Origin: an archaeon GW2011_AR15 | Lineage (GTDB): Archaea; Nanobdellota; Nanobdellia; Woesearchaeales; GW2011-AR15 | DNA: 64,000 bases | Reading direction: 5' to 3' | Assembly (NCBI GenBank): GCA_000830295.1 | Contig: CP010425.1 | Span: 608,001-672,000 of the forward strand | In this document: positions 57,902-64,000 of the stretch, in pieces | Layout of the letters: every line of letters begins with the position of its first letter | How positions within the stretch are numbered: the stretch's first letter is position 1 | Position numbers and translations under genes: made by a program | The notes under the pieces: model-generated | The model's database searches: none | Told to the model about the DNA's origin: nothing | The model's input: only the letters and a program-made list of their open reading frames with translations

Positions 57902-58816
57902 ATGAGAAAAAAATCAAGAAAAGCCCAGATATCGTTTGAATTCATAATGATATTCAGCCTCATATTCATTATGCTCACCGGCTTCATCTATATCATCAAC
58001 CAGAGGCTTACGGAGCTTGGTGGGCAGAGGGAGCAGGCAACCATGAAAAACCTGGTTGACAACATAATAAATGAGATAGTGCTGGCATCCTCTGTCAACA
58101 ACAACTACATAAGAAGATTTGACCTTCCTGTGAAGCTTGACGGAAGGGATTACAGGCTCTCCCTGGACAGCAGCGAAATAACAGTGGAGGTGCTTGAGAA
58201 CGGGAATGTGGTTTCTGATTATTTTGCAGTTTCCCCTGTTGACGTCAAGGGAGGGTTTATAGAGGATATAGAGGTAAATACAGTCTCCCACTGCATAACA
58301 AAAAGCAACCTGGACGGGGTGAGGATATCAAGGAATCAGGCCAGCATTGATACCAATATTACAGAGCTGGGACAGGGAGAGATGTTTGATGTCTTTGTCA
58401 GCATAAACTGCGTTGAGGATGTGAAAAGCGCCAGCTTTACTGTAAGGTATGACCCTGCCAAGTTAATATTGCAGGCAGCAGAGCCTATAATCGCAGCAGA
58501 CCCGGAATATAAATCCCTTAATCCTCTTTTTGAAAGCTATACAGTCATATACAATTATGAGGGCACAGACGCAATAAATGAGGCCATAGGACGGTTCACT
58601 TACGGGTATATAGGCACTGAATGCGTAACCGGCTCCGGAAACCTGGCGAAGCTGAGCTTTGAGGTCAAGGATAATGCAGAATTGGGCGAAACATATATTG
58701 AGTTTGACCCGACATACGAGGAGAACATAAGGCTGCTGGACTGCAATACTGACAAATTCACAGAGGAAGACCTGCCGGATTCCAGGAATAATGCCGAGAT
58801 TGAGATAACAAATTAA
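57902..58816 (+). CDS. pilin-like protein with C-terminal cohesin-like domain
   Basis: RKAQ-ISFEFIMIF; GEMFDVFVSIN..DVKSASFTVRYDPAKL...GSGNLAKLSFEVK..GETYIEF. Confidence 0.82.
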   Translation: MRKKSRKAQISFEFIMIFSLIFIMLTGFIYIINQRLTELGGQREQATMKNLVDNIINEIVLASSVNNNYIRRFDLPVKLDGRDYRLSLDSSEITVEVLENGNVVSDYFAVSPVDVKGGFIEDIEVNTVSHCITKSNLDGVRISRNQASIDTNITELGQGEMFDVFVSINCVEDVKSASFTVRYDPAKLILQAAEPIIAADPEYKSLNPLFESYTVIYNYEGTDAINEAIGRFTYGYIGTECVTGSGNLAKLSFEVKDNAELGETYIEFDPTYEENIRLLDCNTDKFTEEDLPDSRNNAEIEITN

Positions 58817-58849
58817 AAAAATTTATATACCTACGGGGTTGAATTAAAT

Positions 58850-61800
58850 ATGTCAAATATGGGAGAGAGGGTTTATAGAGGTGAATTAAAGGTTGTTCTC
58901 TTATTTCTTATATTTATATTTATGTTCCTTCAGACACCAGAATTTAGTTATTCTTTGACCTGTGGTGGAATAAATGATGGTTCAGAATGCTGGTCTGATC
59001 TGCAGTGCAGCGGTGGGGAAAAGTGTGTGCCCGCAGGAGGAGGACTCTGTAAATGTGCAAAAGACGATAGTGGCGGAGGAAATCCGCCCCCGCCACCACC
59101 GCCGCCACCTGTCTGCGGGGACGGCTCTGTAAACCAGGGATGGGAAGAGTGTGATGGCGGCACCAGCCCGTGCGGAGTTTTTGCATCAGGATGCTCGTCA
59201 TGCATATGCAGCTATTATAATGCTTCTCTAAAGAATCTTGCTGCAACAACCCCATGTGTAAGCAATGAGGCAAGCTCAAAGCAGTTTACTGTATCAGGAA
59301 GGAGCCAGTACTGCGGAAACATAAACATAACAGTCAATTACCAGGGGCAGAAGCAGTCCTTCGTGGTAACCGGCAGCACATATTCAGATTACACATTTAG
59401 CCATGTTTTTACAATCCCCGGCTCAGTTGCACTTCCCCCTTCCCAGCAGATAACAGTTGATATAAACGGCAACAGGAACCAGATAAAGAATGCAAAAGAC
59501 GGGGTGACCTATGACTGCTCTGAAACACTAGACCTTGATTTAACATATATGAACTTCTTTTATTGTCCGGACCCGGAAGAGAGCATCAATCAGAATATCT
59601 TTGACTTTTATGACGGAAGCAATTACTACACTTTCTACGGCGGGAACACAGAATACCAGTGGGATGAATGCGTAAGCAACCAGGCAACCACAGCATGCGC
59701 ATCCCAGCCAACATACTGTGTCATGACCAACGGAGGCCAGCGTGCTCCAAATACTGCAGTAAACGGGGATGGAGAGCCAGAGGTAGAAGTGTGCTATTCA
59801 ACAGCAGGGATACAGGGAGGATGGCTTGATGCTGATGTCAATGGGGCAACATGCAATCTTATCTCAGGCTCAAAATGGTTCAGCTGCTCAAACCCAAGCC
59901 AGTGCGAAAATGCAGTGGATGATTTCGACAGCAGCCCGGCAACAGGATTATGCTGCGGCGATGATGCAGTGGAGAATGTAAGGGAGACAAAATCAAAAAT
60001 AAACGGCCAGTATGTAAAAAATAATAACGGAACAGACAAGGTTTACTCAGCATGCTGCCTTGGCGGCCAGACATGCGTAGATGAATTCGGCACATGCAGG
60101 GGAGAAGGAGAGGATTACTGCACCTCAACAGGAGGCGTACGGGCCACCTGCACAGCAGGAGAATGGCAATTAACCCTGGATGACTCATGCCAGAGCGGCT
60201 GCGAGGTCTGCGATATAAACCAGGACGGGGAAGTGGATGAGATTGATATAACAGCTATAGACAACAACAAGGCACCTGCCCCATATGACCCTGTATATGA
60301 TGTCACGCAGGACGGGGAAGTGGATAATTCAGATGTTAATCTCTGCAGCAGCCTGAACCAGCTTGTGTGCTATACCTGCGGAGATAATATATTGCAATCA
60401 GAAGAGGCATGCGAAGAGGTCAACGGCAACCTGCAGTTCAACTGCGCTCAATATGTCCACAGCACAGACCCCAATAATTATACAGTATATCCAAGAATTG
60501 ACACCTGCACTACAGGGTTCTGCTCCTGCCAGTACGAGACAGAGCCTACATGCGACCTTGATGTATACTCAGGCCCTGGAGCATGCGAAACAGACAATGA
60601 CTGTTCAGGAAACCAGGTCTGCAACCCGGGCAGCTGCGGCTGTGTTGATTACATTCCGGGAGAAGAGCTTTCAGTGCATGTATATGATACAGACTGCTCA
60701 TACAGGTTCTGTGTGAGCGGGGACTCAACCAGCAGCCACAGTGTAGAGGGATATATAGAAACTGACACAAACTTTACCACATTTTCAACACAGTATTTTG
60801 ACAGCAACGACAATGTCGCAATTACTTCAGGAGATTCAAGGCTTGAGTTTGAAATCAATGTAGAAGGCGGAGAATCCTGCATTGTTTTTGACACAGACGG
60901 AAAAGTTGAGACAGACTTCACATATGACGGAAATGACCCGTCACTGGCAACAGTCTATTTTGAGCCTTCAGAAACCCATCCAGCAGCATTGCCATTTGAA
61001 TTCAGCACTTCTCCTACAAACACATGCAGGCTGTGCATACCAACCCAGGACACAGAAACTATTCTGGATGACGGCCTGGACAATGACTGCGACGGCATGT
61101 TTGACGAGCCTGAATTTGATGGATATGGGGCCTATTTATGGGAAGCAAACTGTGATTACTTCATGTGCGTATATGGTGATGATACACAGGATTACACAAC
61201 GTCAGGAGACGTGTCAGGGGAAGGCACATTTACAAGGCTAAGGGGCACAAGCTGGGAAGCTGAAGATTCATACAGCCTTAGCACAGGAAACCAGAGCCTT
61301 TCATTCAACTCAGAGCTTTCTTCAGGGGTTGACTGCCTGATATACAATTATGACGAGCTTGCTTCATACAATCTGGAACTTGAAGGCACAGGCGACAGGG
61401 AGAAGATATATCTTGACCAGAAAAAACAGAATCCATTTACAGAGCCGTTCCAGTATGCTGCTCCACAGTGCGCAATGTCCTGCGCACTTCCTGAAGAATG
61501 CGGAGACCCTTCAGTAATAGGCAATATTAACTGTGGCTATGAGATGTGTATATTTGACTGTGGAGGATACTGGGTTGATGAAACTTCAGTCTGGGACCTG
61601 ATGTTCGGAAACCAGAATCCAGGGGATTACTGCGAGACATGCGTACAGAACACCCAGTGCTCAGATTATACAAATGAAGAATCATGCTATTATGACTCAT
61701 GCAGTGCAGCATCAACATACTTCGGATGCAGCTGGAATGAGACATCACAGACCTGCGGGGATGCATTTAATGAATGCGCTCCTGGAGAGACACTGTGCAG

Positions 61801-63193
61801 CGACGGGACATGCAGCACTGATTGCGAGGAAATTGCAGGATGCATAGGTTCAGCAGACGGAGTCTGTGAGTCTGGAGAAGGCTGCGCCTGCTCTGACTGC
61901 CTCAATCAGACAGCAAGCTGCACAGCAGGAGCTGTCTGCGGTGAAGATGAGTTCTGCGGCTGCCCAATAGGAACTGCTTTATGCAGCGACGGGACATGCA
62001 GTGCAGAATGTGAAGAAAAAGCAACATGCATAGGAACTCCGGATGGAATCTGCCAGACTGGAGAAGGCTGCGCCTGCTCTGACTGCTATGTCACCCAGGA
62101 CAGCTGTGTCGAGGGAGCAATATGCAGCGGCATCACAGAATTATGCAGGGATATGGCAATAGGAGAATGCCAGCCGGGAACAACATTATGCAATGATTTT
62201 ACATGCGATCCAACATGTGAAGAGAATGGAGGCAAGAGAGGCTGCACAGGAGAGCCAAATAATATCTGCGAATTTGGAGAAGGCTGCGCCTGCTCAGACT
62301 GCAGCAGCCAGAAAGACAGCTGTGCCATTGGCTCAATCTGCAACACTGACACTCAATTATGTGAACCGTCTCCGGAAAACTGCATAGACAGCGATGGAGA
62401 CGGCTATTTCAGCCCTATTGAATGTTCAACAGGCAATGACTGCAATGATAATTCTGCAGCAGTGCATCCTGGAGTTGCAGAAACATGTGAAGATGGGGTG
62501 GATAATGACTGCAGCGGCCAAATAGATGATACATGTGTTTCCGGAGTAGAGATCAGTATCCAGGATCAGGACCCAATAAGAGTATTTGACTTAGTTGAGA
62601 TGAGATTATTAGTAAAAAATAATCTTAATGAAGATATAGATGCCTCAGTTACAACCGGCCTGCCGGCTGATGAAGTTGATAGGCAAAGCGCTTCTCTATC
62701 ACTGTCAGCAGGTGAGACAGAAGAAGTAACTTTCAATATATTTGTGAAAGATGTTGATGTAATCCCAACAGTGACACTAACAATTCCTGAGAAATCAGCA
62801 GAAGCATCCCAGGAGATAGCTTATGAAATAGAGATTCCAAGGTTTATTGTTGCGCCTGACCCAGAACACCTATATGGAGAAGAAGGATGTAAAGACTTCT
62901 ATTATGTGATTTATGAACCAGGGGAATTCGATATAGAAGTTAATATTATTAATCCGGAAGGGCTCTTAAGCAAGACACTATTTGTGGATTATATCAGCGG
63001 GGTAAATGTTGATAATATCTTCTTGGGGAAGATAAATGTACCTTACTGCCTTGGGGATAGGGACTTTGAAATCAGAGGGTATTTATACAAATCAACACCT
63101 GGTATAGTTGTGGATACAGTTACCTCAAGTATAACCCACGTTAACGACTTCAAAAAAGAAATAACAGTATCGGTGGATGTCAATAAAGTTTAA
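58850..63193 (+). CDS. giant (1447 aa) secreted Cys-rich protein with dockerin-like EF pair, MopE-like and myxobacterial-type Cys repeats, and poly-Pro linker
   Basis: Signal peptide; CGDGSVNQGWEECDGG; DINQDGEVDEID..DVTQDGEVDNSD; DGLDNDCDG; three GEGCACSDC repeats; DCNDNSAAVHPGVAETCEDGVDNDCSG. Confidence 0.85.
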   Translation: MSNMGERVYRGELKVVLLFLIFIFMFLQTPEFSYSLTCGGINDGSECWSDLQCSGGEKCVPAGGGLCKCAKDDSGGGNPPPPPPPPPVCGDGSVNQGWEECDGGTSPCGVFASGCSSCICSYYNASLKNLAATTPCVSNEASSKQFTVSGRSQYCGNINITVNYQGQKQSFVVTGSTYSDYTFSHVFTIPGSVALPPSQQITVDINGNRNQIKNAKDGVTYDCSETLDLDLTYMNFFYCPDPEESINQNIFDFYDGSNYYTFYGGNTEYQWDECVSNQATTACASQPTYCVMTNGGQRAPNTAVNGDGEPEVEVCYSTAGIQGGWLDADVNGATCNLISGSKWFSCSNPSQCENAVDDFDSSPATGLCCGDDAVENVRETKSKINGQYVKNNNGTDKVYSACCLGGQTCVDEFGTCRGEGEDYCTSTGGVRATCTAGEWQLTLDDSCQSGCEVCDINQDGEVDEIDITAIDNNKAPAPYDPVYDVTQDGEVDNSDVNLCSSLNQLVCYTCGDNILQSEEACEEVNGNLQFNCAQYVHSTDPNNYTVYPRIDTCTTGFCSCQYETEPTCDLDVYSGPGACETDNDCSGNQVCNPGSCGCVDYIPGEELSVHVYDTDCSYRFCVSGDSTSSHSVEGYIETDTNFTTFSTQYFDSNDNVAITSGDSRLEFEINVEGGESCIVFDTDGKVETDFTYDGNDPSLATVYFEPSETHPAALPFEFSTSPTNTCRLCIPTQDTETILDDGLDNDCDGMFDEPEFDGYGAYLWEANCDYFMCVYGDDTQDYTTSGDVSGEGTFTRLRGTSWEAEDSYSLSTGNQSLSFNSELSSGVDCLIYNYDELASYNLELEGTGDREKIYLDQKKQNPFTEPFQYAAPQCAMSCALPEECGDPSVIGNINCGYEMCIFDCGGYWVDETSVWDLMFGNQNPGDYCETCVQNTQCSDYTNEESCYYDSCSAASTYFGCSWNETSQTCGDAFNECAPGETLCSDGTCSTDCEEIAGCIGSADGVCESGEGCACSDCLNQTASCTAGAVCGEDEFCGCPIGTALCSDGTCSAECEEKATCIGTPDGICQTGEGCACSDCYVTQDSCVEGAICSGITELCRDMAIGECQPGTTLCNDFTCDPTCEENGGKRGCTGEPNNICEFGEGCACSDCSSQKDSCAIGSICNTDTQLCEPSPENCIDSDGDGYFSPIECSTGNDCNDNSAAVHPGVAETCEDGVDNDCSGQIDDTCVSGVEISIQDQDPIRVFDLVEMRLLVKNNLNEDIDASVTTGLPADEVDRQSASLSLSAGETEEVTFNIFVKDVDVIPTVTLTIPEKSAEASQEIAYEIEIPRFIVAPDPEHLYGEEGCKDFYYVIYEPGEFDIEVNIINPEGLLSKTLFVDYISGVNVDNIFLGKINVPYCLGDRDFEIRGYLYKSTPGIVVDTVTSSITHVNDFKKEITVSVDVNKV

Positions 63194-63233
63194 ATAGGGA
63201 CTCAATATTATTTAAAAGAAGAGGTGAAAGGAG

Positions 63234-63977
63234 TTGATTATTTTTGGGATTAATGTTCCACTGCCGGAGATACTGGCACTGCTTATAATAATGTTTGCCG
63301 TATTTCTCTATATTATATTAAGGAATATCCAGAGAGTCAGCACAATGTCCCTCCAGAGCAGGAATGAGCTTATGGAGCTTGCCAGGATGACTGAAGAAGA
63401 GAGGGAGGAGATTGATAAGATAAGCGGATATGAGAAAGAGACAGCTGAGAATATATCCAAGTTTGAAAAAGAGATACTGAACCTTGAGCAGGAGACAGAT
63501 ACATTATATATCCAGAAGCTCGCCCCTGACCTCTATAAGATACAGAATTATACCCTTTGGGCGCTTAAGAAGGGCCTGAGCCCTGAACAGATAAGGCAGA
63601 ACCTTAAGAATAAAGGATGGAAGGACAATGAGATTATCCAGATGATAATAAATGACACCCTGAAATACACAAGCTATTACCAGACAAGGAAGGGCAAAGT
63701 TGAAATACCTTCAATAAAGATTGAGGAGACAACCAGGATAATAAAGCCCGTGAAAATAGTAAACGTCAGAGATTCTGCCAAGAAAGAAGAAGTAAAGAAA
63801 GCAGTTCCAAAGCCACAGCCTGTAAAGAAAGAGATAGCAGTCAGGAAAGAGCCTGCAGAGAAAACAACCAAGGCACAGAAAAAGCCGTCCAGGAAAAAAT
63901 CAAAAGACTCATTAGGCGACGTTGAAAAGAAGCTGAAAAGGCTTGAGAAGGATATGAGTTCTGAGAAAAAAAAATAA
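63234..63977 (+). CDS. membrane-anchored coiled-coil protein with Lys-rich tail
   Basis: TTG start after GAGGTGA/AGGAG; N-terminal TM; ALKKGLSPEQIRQNLKNKGW. Confidence 0.7.
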   Translation: MIIFGINVPLPEILALLIIMFAVFLYIILRNIQRVSTMSLQSRNELMELARMTEEEREEIDKISGYEKETAENISKFEKEILNLEQETDTLYIQKLAPDLYKIQNYTLWALKKGLSPEQIRQNLKNKGWKDNEIIQMIINDTLKYTSYYQTRKGKVEIPSIKIEETTRIIKPVKIVNVRDSAKKEEVKKAVPKPQPVKKEIAVRKEPAEKTTKAQKKPSRKKSKDSLGDVEKKLKRLEKDMSSEKKK

Positions 63978-64000
63978 TCACGCAATTACATTAAATTTCT

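Overview
The window is archaeal chromosomal DNA, most likely from a DPANN lineage (Woesearchaeota-like). This is inferred from RadA, PCNA, RPA, GatD, aRNase J, BHB-type tRNA introns, TTTAAA/TTTATA promoters, many class III signal peptides and a bacterial-type gyrA. Housekeeping genes (gyrA partial, ABC exporter operon, ogg, rnj, marC, pcna, RPA, radA, TRAM, thpR, asnS, gatD) and three tRNAs (Arg-CCT; Gly-CCC and Leu-CAA with introns) alternate with ORFan islets and two large clusters of type IV pilin-like genes. Four things stand out. (1) A ~16.5 kb pilin-like locus ends in peptidoglycan hydrolases (M23 peptidase; lytic transglycosylase + GH25 muramidase), suggesting an apparatus aimed at bacteria. 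(2) A second pilin-like cluster has a cohesin-bearing pilin next to a giant Cys-rich dockerin protein. (3) A family of 65-85 nt hairpin-linker-hairpin inserts sits between 17-39 nt direct duplications of gene starts or ends, and one member forms the tRNA-Gly intron. (4) Two pilin-ZU5-like proteins carry different C-terminal cargo. All calls come from motif reading only; no searches were run.
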